A DNA stretch of 64,000 bases from Patescibacteria group bacterium. Lineage in GTDB: Bacteria; Patescibacteriota; Patescibacteriia; Buchananbacterales; UBA6539. The position numbers were made by a program, and so were the translations under genes. Location of the stretch: the NCBI GenBank assembly GCA_041662625.1, contig JBAZSB010000002.1:12024-76023 (forward strand), written 5' to 3'. Of the stretch, positions 38,305 through 47,384 are shown one piece after another; positions within the stretch are counted from its first letter, which is position 1; the number at the start of each line of letters is the position of its first letter. The notes below the pieces were generated by a model. The model saw nothing but the letters and a program-made list of their open reading frames with translations. It did not search any database and was not told the origin of the DNA.

Positions 38305-38631
38305 CTAGGCTACCTCTGCCAATAAGTTGGCCGGTTGGAAAACGACTTCGGCGAACGAATCTTCTTCACCTAGATCAGCAACCAACGGATCAGCCGCCTG
38401 GCACGAACCGGGGCAATCCATCCCTTTTGCTCCAATATGAAGCAACGTTCTTAGGCCATTGTTACCAATGGCACCAATAACTTGCTTCCCACAGCTCTGG
38501 CATGTGACATAACCGATAGTGAATGAACCAATCACTGCTGCCAACAAAATACCTGGACTTTCTTTCTTTTCTGACTTCAAGACTAATTCCTTCTTGTTTG
38601 ACCGGTTAAGAGCAGCAATACAAAGAACCAT
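38305..38631 (-). CDS. Hypothetical protein with CxxC
   Basis: 108-aa ORF with CQSC and CPGSC; terminator-like hairpin downstream. Confidence 0.45.
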   Translation of the reverse strand: MVLCIAALNRSNKKELVLKSEKKESPGILLAAVIGSFTIGYVTCQSCGKQVIGAIGNNGLRTLLHIGAKGMDCPGSCQAADPLVADLGEEDSFAEVVFQPANLLAEVA

Positions 38632-39010
38632 TCTACCTTACTTCAGAACATCTGTCAATACTATCGGTATACCTACTACATTCAAAGATTGTGGTTGGTT
38701 AATTTTTTTCGGCCAGAATAGAACTTCATCTCGCCTCTCGGCTTCCACTCGAGGCGCCCTGAGCATAGCCGAACGGGCGCCCCGCCTCAAGCCTATGATA
38801 TGAGCTTATCTTTAATAAACGTGAGCCGACCTGCCCGCCAACGTGCAGCAGGCGGGAGGCGACTCCGAGAGTAGAGGTTTAATTTTTTAAAAATAACTAT
38901 TCTGGCTTGGGGCGGGGTCAATGAAAATCTCTGCCAATGATTTATATATAAAAGAAGAACCCCGGGGGTAACCCGGGGCCCTTCTGACGATAATATAGTC
39001 ATCTCTGATT

Positions 39011-39187
39011 TTAGAATCGTCTTCGTGGAGGTCGACTCTGTCGTTTCTTCCGGTGGCAATCCCGACAAAAAATTGGTCGGTCACCATCTGGTTCAAACGG
39101 TAGTTCGGTAATCTCAGCGCCGCATTCAGAACAGGTCCAATGTCCCTGGAACATCTGGCGCTGACCAAATTGATTTTGATCGTCCAT
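39011..39187 (-). CDS. CxxC-x17-CxxC-type zinc-ribbon protein (58 aa, missed by ORF track)
   Basis: MDDQNQFGQRQMFQGHWTCSECGAEITELPFEPDGDRPIFCRDCHRKKRQSRPPRRRF*. Confidence 0.9.
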   Translation of the reverse strand: MDDQNQFGQRQMFQGHWTCSECGAEITELPFEPDGDRPIFCRDCHRKKRQSRPPRRRF

Positions 39188-39365
39188 CTAATTACCTTCT
39201 CGTTGTTTTGTTAAACTTAATGCTCAAAATCAACTTGGCTTAAACGCTAAAATTATTTTGAAAAATTAAGTGTAAACAAAACTATTAATTATTAATGGCT
39301 ATATACTAGCATACTTTTAAAATTTTGTCAATAATCCACAAATCTCCTAGATGCTAAAGGGGGAA

Positions 39366-39605
39366 TTGACTTATTTTTTAACCTATGATAAGCTATTTAA
39401 GATCCTGAATAATCCATAAGTCGGATTCAGGCATTAGGCTTAACAATTAAACCTTTCCCCGTGTTACCCTTCTAACTTAGATCGGGTGACCATTACCTTA
39501 TCCAATTCTGCGATAAGGAAAGGCGTTTTTCAAACAGTTAACAGTTAACTGCCAAGTGTTAATTGTTATTAACATAGCGCTGGGAAAATACCGAGCGTTT
39601 TTAAT
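39366..39605 (+). promoter_or_regulatory. rpsF operon promoter and structured 5' leader (possible S6:S18 autoregulatory RNA)
   Basis: TTGACT-17-TAAGCT; stems cctgaat/attcagg, gttaccc/gggtgac next to CCCCG, ccttatc/gataagg. Confidence 0.45.
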
Positions 39606-39688
39606 AAATTAAAATAACAAGGATTTAGCAAAATTAGGAGTTGAGATCCAAAACCTACTTCCTACTACCTACTTCCTACTACCTAACT

Positions 39689-40153
39689 ATGACTAACCAC
39701 TACGAACTGCTTTATTTGGTAGGCGCTAATTACACCGATGAAGAGTTGATGCCAATTAAAGAAAAAGTAAAAGAATTACTCAAAAAATTTGGCGGCGAGA
39801 TTACGCTGGAAGACAGTTTGGGCAAAAAGAAACTGGCTTATCCCATCAAAGGTAACCACCAAGGTTATTACTTGCTGATGGAATTCAATATAGACGGGGC
39901 TAAGCTGAAAGAGTTAAACCAAAACCTTAAACTCACTAGTGAAGTTTTAAGGCATGTTGTTGTCAGCAGAAAAATTGAGACTCCCAGCTTACTGAAAACG
40001 ACTGCCGCTAAATTAAAGACTGCTGAACAAAAAGAGAGAGAAGTTAAAATCACACCCGAGGAAGAACGTAAAACCGAACCAGAAAAAGGTAAAATTAAAT
40101 TGGAAGACCTAGACCAGCGGCTTGATGAGATTTTGGAAGGTGATATAATGTAG
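39689..40153 (+). CDS. rpsF: 30S ribosomal protein S6
   Basis: YELLY, GKKKLAYPI, GYY...F, EVLRH. Confidence 0.95.
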   Translation: MTNHYELLYLVGANYTDEELMPIKEKVKELLKKFGGEITLEDSLGKKKLAYPIKGNHQGYYLLMEFNIDGAKLKELNQNLKLTSEVLRHVVVSRKIETPSLLKTTAAKLKTAEQKEREVKITPEEERKTEPEKGKIKLEDLDQRLDEILEGDIM

Positions 40154-40237
40154 AAACATCAAATAAATAACGGAGCCAACAACCATATATTTCTATACAA
40201 TCAATATAGCGCGCCTAAATCTTAAACCTAAAAAAAT

Positions 40238-40675
40238 ATGAACCTAAATAAAGCCATGATTATCGGCAACTTGACCCGGGATCCGGAAACGCGAACTACG
40301 CCTTCAGGCCAAACCGTTACGTCCTTTAGCGTTGCCACCAACTTAATCTGGACTGACGCTAACGGCGAAAAACAAAAAAAAGTGGAATTCCATAATATCG
40401 TGGCCTGGCGGAAATTAGCCGAAATTTGTGCCCAGTATTTAAAAAAAGGCAATAAAGTCTATATTGAAGGCCGGCTCCAAACTCGCGATTGGGAAGGTCA
40501 AGATGGTGTTAAACGTTATCGCACTGAAATTATTGCCGAAAATATGATAATGCTTGACACTAAAGGTACCAGCTCTGGTTCAAGAGAATCCACCCCTTCC
40601 CCTACCGATGATTTCAGTCAGCCTGAGCCAACCAAACAAGAGGATGAAATCCAAGTAGAAAATATTCCCTTTTAA
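40238..40675 (+). CDS. ssb: Single-stranded DNA-binding protein
   Basis: NKAMIIGNLTRDPE, VYIEGRLQTR.W, C-terminal IPF. Confidence 0.97.
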   Translation: MNLNKAMIIGNLTRDPETRTTPSGQTVTSFSVATNLIWTDANGEKQKKVEFHNIVAWRKLAEICAQYLKKGNKVYIEGRLQTRDWEGQDGVKRYRTEIIAENMIMLDTKGTSSGSRESTPSPTDDFSQPEPTKQEDEIQVENIPF

Positions 40676-40748
40676 TTAATAAACTCACCATTAGCCGTTG
40701 ACCGCTTTACTACCACGGTTAACGGTTAATGGTTTAGAATTATATACT

Positions 40749-40982
40749 ATGATTAAAAACAATAATAATTCAATGGCCAAAGAAAAAAATTGCCATTTTT
40801 GCCTTAATAACATCCAGGATATTGATTACAAAGATGTTCAGACTTTACGGCGATTTATTTCTTCCTATTCTAAAATTGTTCCTCGCAAAAGAAGCGGCGT
40901 CTGCTCCAAACACCAAAGAAAATTAGCTACCGCCATCAAACGAGCCCGGACAATGGCAATCTTACCCTTTACTACCCGCTAA
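40749..40982 (+). CDS. rpsR: 30S ribosomal protein S18
   Basis: CHFC, IDYKD, KIVPRKRSGVCSKHQR, AIKRAR; start at 40749 or 40773. Confidence 0.95.
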   Translation: MIKNNNNSMAKEKNCHFCLNNIQDIDYKDVQTLRRFISSYSKIVPRKRSGVCSKHQRKLATAIKRARTMAILPFTTR

Positions 40983-40983
40983 A

Positions 40984-41556
40984 ATGGCAATCCTCAGCAC
41001 TCTCAATGACATCAAACAGGGTTTAACTATTATTTATAATGGTGAGCCTTGTAAAGTAGTCCAGGCGCGGTTTGTCCGGATGCAACAACGAAAGCCAGTA
41101 ATGCAAACCAAGCTGAAAAATCTAATCAACGGTAAAATGATTGAATATAATTTCAAGCCGGGCGAAAAAATCGAAACTGGTGATTTAATTAATAAAAAAG
41201 TCAGTTTTTTATATGCCGCCGGGGATGAATTTAGCTTCATGGATAACAAAACTTATGAGCAGTTTTCTTTTTCCAAAGAGCAACTCGGCGAACAAATCAA
41301 TTTTTTGAAAGAAGGCTCCGAAGTGAATCTATTGTCTTTTAATAACCAGCCAATCAATATTGAGCTGCCGGCAAAAATGGATTTTAAAATTACTTCTGCC
41401 CCAGAAGGCATCAGAGGCGATTCCGCTCAGGGCCGGGTGACCAAAACCGCTGAAGTTGAAACCGGCTTCACCGTTCAAGTGCCTTTGTTTGTCAAAGAAG
41501 GCGACGTAATCAAAGTTAACACGGAAACCGGCGAATACGTAGAAAGAGTCAGTTGA
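40984..41556 (+). CDS. efp: Elongation factor P
   Basis: Tip loop RMQQRKP, FMD..TYEQ, VQVPLFVKEGD.IKVNTETGEYVERV. Confidence 0.95.
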   Translation: MAILSTLNDIKQGLTIIYNGEPCKVVQARFVRMQQRKPVMQTKLKNLINGKMIEYNFKPGEKIETGDLINKKVSFLYAAGDEFSFMDNKTYEQFSFSKEQLGEQINFLKEGSEVNLLSFNNQPINIELPAKMDFKITSAPEGIRGDSAQGRVTKTAEVETGFTVQVPLFVKEGDVIKVNTETGEYVERVS

Positions 41557-41564
41557 CACTTTAT

Positions 41565-41632
41565 GTCACCCTGAACTTGTTTCAGGGTCTTGATTTAAAT
41601 CTTAGAGATGCCGAAACAAGTTCGGCATGACA
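41565..41632. repeat. REP-like palindromic element
   Basis: tgtcaccctgaacttgtttcagggtct...gagatgccgaaacaagttcggcatgaca. Confidence 0.8.
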
Positions 41633-41868
41633 CATACTTAAAAATATGGGACAAAACAGCGCTTTAAGAGCCAGAATCAAACATGCGAAAAAAAATACCC
41701 GAAAAGGTAAAGAGTTAAGAATGAAAACTCGGGACCTCCGACCTAAAAGATAATAAATCTGGAAAATTATTCAAAAGATTAGCCGGGAAACTGGCTAATT
41801 TTTTTATAAAAAAAGGCCTGAGGTGTTAGCCTCAAGAGCCACGATGAACAATTTCAATTACCCTCCCT

Positions 41869-42336
41869 TTATTGTAGCGGCAGCGCCAGCAGTTTGGCCA
41901 ATGTCTCCTCGGGCAGGTCCGGCGGAACCATTAAGTAGGGCGGCAGCATACGCTGTCGGATCCGGATGAATTTCTTCAGGGCCTCAATTGTCAGAAAATG
42001 ACAAATCGTTTCGGTCATCAGACCGACGTGAGTATGAGTAGTAGAATCCAAATCCGAGATTTCCGCCTTAACGGCTTTAGCCGCGGATAGGATTTGACCA
42101 CCCAGTGACCGGCACTCCCAACAAGTCGGCAAGCGCAGCAGAACTGCCATGCCATTGCCCTCACCGAACATCAGTAGTCCGTAGTGCTGACTAATGATTT
42201 GAGGCTTTGCCTCTAATTGCTCCAGTTGTGGCAGTTCCCTGATACAAGTGGTTGGCAATTCGCTCAAGGCTAGTTCAGCCAAAATCATTGCTGCGGCTGC
42301 TTGGGGATCTGCCTCAGTCAAATTTTCCAAAGACAT
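41869..42336 (-). CDS. Hypothetical protein (GC-rich)
   Basis: 155-aa ORF with GAAGGAGG SD. Confidence 0.6.
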   Translation of the reverse strand: MSLENLTEADPQAAAAMILAELALSELPTTCIRELPQLEQLEAKPQIISQHYGLLMFGEGNGMAVLLRLPTCWECRSLGGQILSAAKAVKAEISDLDSTTHTHVGLMTETICHFLTIEALKKFIRIRQRMLPPYLMVPPDLPEETLAKLLALPLQ

Positions 42337-42470
42337 GCTTCGACCCTCCTTCGTCTTTCTTGATTGCCTGTTTCGGATATCTCATCTTAACATATTGTGA
42401 AATTTTTGCAAATTTAAAAAACCACCCTGACATAACATCAGGGCGGTTTTCTATTTGAAGCTTTATATTA

Positions 42471-43520
42471 CTATTTTTCTTTTTTGTCTGGGCTTTCGCC
42501 GGCTTTAATCTTTTGCCAGACTTGTTTTCTCACTTCGGCAATCAGCTTGGGATTTTCTTTCAAAAACTGCTTAACATTCTCCCGGCCAGTGCCTAATTTC
42601 TCAGCGCCAAAAGTATAAGTATTGCCGGATTTACTAATCACACCATAAGTTACACCGGTATCCAAAGCATCGCCAGCAATCGAAATGCCTTCATTATACA
42701 TAATGTCAAACTCACAAATTTGGAAGGGCGGCGCCACTTTATTTTTTACTACTTTAGCCTTCACCCGGTTACCAATAATTTTCTCCCCCATTTTAATTTG
42801 AGCGGCGCGGCGGACTTCGATTCGAACGGAAGAATAAAATTTCAATGCTGTACCGCCGGTGGTGGTCTCCGGATTACCAAAGAAAATACCAATCCGCATC
42901 CGGGTCTGATTGATGAAAATGACCATCGTATTACTTTTAGAAATAATACCGGCCAATTTTCTTAAAGCCTGGCTCATCAGACGCGCCTGCAAGCCAATAT
43001 GGGTATCACCCATCTCGCCCTCAATTTCTTTTTTCGGCGTCAGGGCAGCGACAGAATCAATAACAATCACATCAATGCCATTAGACCGCACCAAAGTTTC
43101 CACAATTTCCAAAGCTTGTTCTCCGGTATCGGGTTGAGAAATCAGTAAATCCTTGATATTAACCCCGATTTTTTTGGCGTATTCGGGATCCAGGGCATGC
43201 TCGGCGTCGACAAAAGCGGCAATCCCGCCGACTTTCTGAACTTCAGCCACAATGTGCTGGGCTAAGGTGGTTTTTCCTGAAGCTTCCGGGCCAAAAATTT
43301 CAATGATTCGGCCACGCGGTACCCCACCCACGCCTAAAGCAATGTCTAAGGATAAACAACCAGTGGAAACCGCTGCCACTTCCATTCTTTTAGCTTCACC
43401 CAGTTTCATGATTGAACCATCGCCAAATCGCTGCTTGATTTGGTCAATGGCTTGTTGGGCAGCAGAAATTCGGTTGGCTATGTTTGAAGCGCTAGTTGAT
43501 TTTTCGTCTTTTTTTGCCAT
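42471..43520 (-). CDS. recA: Recombinase RecA
   Basis: [47 protein letters not shown]. Confidence 0.99.
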   Translation of the reverse strand: MAKKDEKSTSASNIANRISAAQQAIDQIKQRFGDGSIMKLGEAKRMEVAAVSTGCLSLDIALGVGGVPRGRIIEIFGPEASGKTTLAQHIVAEVQKVGGIAAFVDAEHALDPEYAKKIGVNIKDLLISQPDTGEQALEIVETLVRSNGIDVIVIDSVAALTPKKEIEGEMGDTHIGLQARLMSQALRKLAGIISKSNTMVIFINQTRMRIGIFFGNPETTTGGTALKFYSSVRIEVRRAAQIKMGEKIIGNRVKAKVVKNKVAPPFQICEFDIMYNEGISIAGDALDTGVTYGVISKSGNTYTFGAEKLGTGRENVKQFLKENPKLIAEVRKQVWQKIKAGESPDKKEK

Positions 43521-43677
43521 AAGTTTGATCGATAGTTATTTAATTCATTAAAACATTAAGGTGCTATAATCCGATGTAAAAAATAGAAGAATAGTCAAGA
43601 TTATTAAGCACCAAATTCTAAATTACAAATTCCAAACAAATCTCAAATTACAATCTTCAAAACATTTAGTTATTATT

Positions 43678-44094
43678 CTACTTGGTTTTTTCTAATATTG
43701 CAGCCAGTATCCTCAGTAATTCCATATTTTCCTGTAATATCGGTTTGATTTCTTCTTGAAGTTGAGTGTTAGCTTCGATCATTAAATTCAGCCAATAAAT
43801 AGTTTCTTTGGCTTCTTTGCGGCTGATCCTTAATCGAAATTGAAAATCTTTTTTTGTTTCTGTCTCATTAGCTTCACGATAATTAGCGCCAATTGATGTG
43901 CCTGACCTTATAGCCTGGCGGCCTAATACAAAATTGATATCATTTTTAGGTAAGACCTTAGCTAGTCTAATAAGTCTTTTGCTAAATTCCAAGGTCCTAT
44001 CTTCTAAGTCATACCGTTTTGAATTTTGAACATTAGTGCTTGGAATTTGTTTGGAATTTGAGATTTTGGATTTGTAATTTTCAACATAGCCCAT
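43678..44094 (-). CDS. Four-helix bundle protein (23S rRNA intervening-sequence protein family)
   Basis: DLEDRT..F, QAIRSGTSIGANYREA, SRKEAKETIYWL; flanked by heptamer repeats. Confidence 0.9.
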   Translation of the reverse strand: MGYVENYKSKISNSKQIPSTNVQNSKRYDLEDRTLEFSKRLIRLAKVLPKNDINFVLGRQAIRSGTSIGANYREANETETKKDFQFRLRISRKEAKETIYWLNLMIEANTQLQEEIKPILQENMELLRILAAILEKTK

Positions 44095-44195
44095 ACTACT
44101 TTATTTAATAGTTAGTTTGGCACTATGTTGATTATATTTTAATAAGTAAATCGAACCCCTAAAAACCTTCCCCTAAGAACCTAAAAACCTACAAC

Positions 44196-44900
44196 CTAAT
44201 TATTACTACTACTCTCCGCTTCATTGACCACAACCTGAAGATATTTCTTGGTTTGCTTGCCATGCCGGCTTTCCGCTGTAACTTCGATGATATTAACGCC
44301 GGACTGAAGATCGATTGTTTCGGAAAAATTGCCTTGAGTATCGGCCAGCACTTGTTGACCATTGATTTCCAAAACGGCTTCGGGCTCAGCTTGGCCGACT
44401 AATTCAATAAAACTTTGTTCAGTTATCAAGTTATTACTTGGGCTAATAATTGTCAAAAACGGCGGGGTCATGATCGCTTTAACTTTTAGTCCTAGATACG
44501 CCAGGCAGGCTAAAGCTAAAAGCCCAATAAGTATCCCCCGAACAATTTTTGGCGTCACCACCAGATGGAATCGAGAAATTCTTCTGACTGGTTTTTTAAA
44601 GTCCTCTTCGGGAAATTTTCTGGTTTTACTGTAAACTTTTCTTTCGCTCTGATAAGTCACCAGGGAATCTTTATCATTTAGGCCTAAATACTTGGCATAA
44701 ACCTTTAAAAAATTCTTTGCATAAACTTCACCGGGCAATTTATCAAATTCGCTGCTTTCGATGGCAGCCAAATATCTAGCTGAAATATTAGTCGCTTGAC
44801 TGGCCTGCGCTAGACTAACGCCCTTTTTCTCCCGGCTTAATTTTAAGCTTTCGCCTAAGTTCGGCGGATTAGAAATTTCTTTAGCCTGAAAACCAACCAT
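44196..44900 (-). CDS. RodZ-like HTH membrane protein with C-terminal Ig-like domain
   Basis: GESLK..RE..G.SL...S..T.I...YL.AIE...F.KLPG.VY...FLK.YA; single TM. Confidence 0.85.
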   Translation of the reverse strand: MVGFQAKEISNPPNLGESLKLSREKKGVSLAQASQATNISARYLAAIESSEFDKLPGEVYAKNFLKVYAKYLGLNDKDSLVTYQSERKVYSKTRKFPEEDFKKPVRRISRFHLVVTPKIVRGILIGLLALACLAYLGLKVKAIMTPPFLTIISPSNNLITEQSFIELVGQAEPEAVLEINGQQVLADTQGNFSETIDLQSGVNIIEVTAESRHGKQTKKYLQVVVNEAESSSNN

Positions 44901-44909
44901 AAATTTAAG

Positions 44910-47204
44910 CTAACTTTGCTCCTCCTCATCCTCTTCAAAGTCTTCTTCCTCTTCTTCAATTTCATCATCAGAAGTATTTTCTATTGTATCACCATCAAAG
45001 TGATTTATCAAAACTTCCCTGGGTTTAGCGCCGTCACCGGGCCCAATCACTCCCTGCTCTTCCAATAAATCCAAAATTCTGGCTGCCCGGGCATAGCCAA
45101 TCCGCAACCGGCGCTGCAAAAGCGAGGCGGAAGCTTTTTTTGCCCGGACAATGACTTCTTTGGCTTCGGGCAACAAAGGATCACCATCTTCAATATCGCC
45201 AGAAAAATTTGAGGCCTCGCTGAAACCAGTTTGCTGCTTTTCCACCACTTCTTCAATATAGTCGGGCTTCGAGCGGTCTTTAAGATACTCAGTGACCCGC
45301 TTAATTTCGTCATCAGAGGCAAAAGCACCCTGGAGCCGTTTGGGTTTGGAAATTTCCGCGGAGATGTAAAGCATATCACCTTTACCCAGTAATTTTTCCG
45401 CTCCTGACATATCCAAAATCGTCCGGGAATCAACTAGTGAAGCAACCGAAAAAGCCACCCGCGAAGTAATGTTGGCTTTGATTAACCCGGTCAAAACATC
45501 AACTGATGGCCGTTGCGTTGCTAAAACTAAATGGATACCGACCGCCCGCGACATCTGCGCCAGCCGGACAATAGCGGCTTCCACTTCAGCGCCGGCGCTG
45601 GCCATCAAATCGGCCAGCTCATCAATCACAAAAACAATATAAGGCATTTTATCAGCCGCCTCATTATTATAACTTTCAATATTGCGATGATGAGAAGCGG
45701 CTAAAGTATCAAAGCGCTTTTCCATTTCTTTAATCGTCCAGCGCAAAGCGTTAATCGTTTTTCGGACGTCAATAATCACCGGCGTCAATAAATGGGGAAT
45801 ACTATTATAAATCGGCAGCTCCACCCGTTTAGGATCAACCATGATAAATTTTAAATCGCCCGGCCCATTTTCAAACAGTAAAGTTAAAATAATTGAATTG
45901 ATACAAACACTTTTTCCTGAACCGGTGGCACCAGCAATCAAAAGATGGGGCATCTTGGCTAAATCCGCCAGCCACGGCCGGCCCATGACATCTTTACCCA
46001 AAGCAACAGTCAAATTAGTTTTTCGGCCCTTGAATGGTTCACTACTAATAATATCTTTCAGCGGAACAATGGCGGCGGCTTGGTTGGGAACTTCCACGCC
46101 CACCAAAGACCGGCCGGGAATCGGGGCTTCGATCCGAATCGGATGCGCCGCCAAAGCCAAAGCTAAATTATCGGCTAAAGCAGTAATGCGGGACAGTTTA
46201 ACACCTTCGGCCGGTTTCAAAGTATACTGGGTCACGGTTGGTCCGACCTGGGCCTCCCCCATTTCCACTCTAATCCCAAAGTTCTCTAGCGTCTTTTCAA
46301 TAATCATTTTGTTGGCTTTGAGATCACCACCATTGGGGGTAGTGGTTTTACCGGTCAATAAATCAAGTGGTAAATCAATTTTGGTTTGTTTAAATTTGCT
46401 GACGCCAAGATCCAGCTGCCGATCTTCTTTTTCTTCCTCACTTTCTTGCACTTGGGCCCGATGGCCACTGCCAGCCTGTTCCACTTCAACTTCATGCTGA
46501 GAAAAATTTAATTCCTCTTCTTCCGGCTCAGGCTCAGGTGGTTCAATTTGAGATCTTTCTCTTTGGGCCTGAACCTTACGAATCTTGCGCTGGGTAAAAG
46601 AATCTCTAATTCTGCTAATCCAAGAATCTGCTTCTTCATCCTCCTCTTCTTCTGCTTGGTCGCGTCTTTTTTCCAAAAGATTAATTAAATAGGATTCAAA
46701 AAGCAAAATAAAACCAATAATGGTTAAAGCCAGTAAAACGACTAGGGCCGCCCAAAAACCCATCAGCCTCAAAAAAAGCCAGGCTAAAACTAAACCAGAA
46801 TAACCACCGCCCAAACCAATCTTAGCGGCTTCGACCAAATCGTCTGCATGGAAAACTAAATGGACTAAGCCATTAAAACTGAAAATAAAAAGAAAAAGAC
46901 CAAGCACATTTGAAGTCTTAAACTCATATTTGGCTGGCCGGAGTAAAAAATAACCAACTATTATCAAAACTACGGGCAAATACCAGCGAACGGCGCCAAA
47001 CAAAATCTTCAAAAAACTGTTGAGATAAACGCCAAGTGTTCCGGCTAAATTAAAAAGACTTAAAATTGCCACTGCGCCAAAAGCTAAAAGTAAAACAATA
47101 AGGATGCCGCGCTTGGTTTCACTAGAGACTTGAAAACCCGGCCGGCTGAAATCCAGGTCGCGTAAACCTTTGATCCTTTGAATTTTTCGTTTTCGTTGCG
47201 CCAT
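44910..47204 (-). CDS. ftsK: DNA translocase FtsK/SpoIIIE
   Basis: 4TM N-terminus, PHLLIAGATGSGKS, DELADLM, LATQRPSVDV, gamma domain SASLLQRRLRIGYARAAR. Confidence 0.97.
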   Translation of the reverse strand: MAQRKRKIQRIKGLRDLDFSRPGFQVSSETKRGILIVLLLAFGAVAILSLFNLAGTLGVYLNSFLKILFGAVRWYLPVVLIIVGYFLLRPAKYEFKTSNVLGLFLFIFSFNGLVHLVFHADDLVEAAKIGLGGGYSGLVLAWLFLRLMGFWAALVVLLALTIIGFILLFESYLINLLEKRRDQAEEEEDEEADSWISRIRDSFTQRKIRKVQAQRERSQIEPPEPEPEEEELNFSQHEVEVEQAGSGHRAQVQESEEEKEDRQLDLGVSKFKQTKIDLPLDLLTGKTTTPNGGDLKANKMIIEKTLENFGIRVEMGEAQVGPTVTQYTLKPAEGVKLSRITALADNLALALAAHPIRIEAPIPGRSLVGVEVPNQAAAIVPLKDIISSEPFKGRKTNLTVALGKDVMGRPWLADLAKMPHLLIAGATGSGKSVCINSIILTLLFENGPGDLKFIMVDPKRVELPIYNSIPHLLTPVIIDVRKTINALRWTIKEMEKRFDTLAASHHRNIESYNNEAADKMPYIVFVIDELADLMASAGAEVEAAIVRLAQMSRAVGIHLVLATQRPSVDVLTGLIKANITSRVAFSVASLVDSRTILDMSGAEKLLGKGDMLYISAEISKPKRLQGAFASDDEIKRVTEYLKDRSKPDYIEEVVEKQQTGFSEASNFSGDIEDGDPLLPEAKEVIVRAKKASASLLQRRLRIGYARAARILDLLEEQGVIGPGDGAKPREVLINHFDGDTIENTSDDEIEEEEEDFEEDEEEQS

Positions 47205-47312
47205 ATTTAGTTAACCAATCCTCAAATAATAGTAAACACTTGATGATATATATTTTAGCATATTTTGTCGGATAAATCATCAGTTGTTGATTTCGTGACT
47301 TTTCCTTATAAC

Positions 47313-47346
47313 AAAGCACCCACCTGAGGTGGGCGCTATGTTGATT
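47313..47346 (-). terminator. rpoC terminator hairpin
   Basis: agcgcccacc-tca-ggtgggtgct followed by ttg on the minus strand. Confidence 0.65.
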
Positions 47347-47384
47347 CTATCTAATAGATTATATTAACTCTCTAACTTTATCGT

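Noticed and set aside
43678-44094. Four-helix bundle as the Avd of a diversity-generating retroelement
   Set aside because: No reverse transcriptase and no TR/VR pair with adenine-specific mismatches in the window; the duplications seen are in-gene and mostly synonymous
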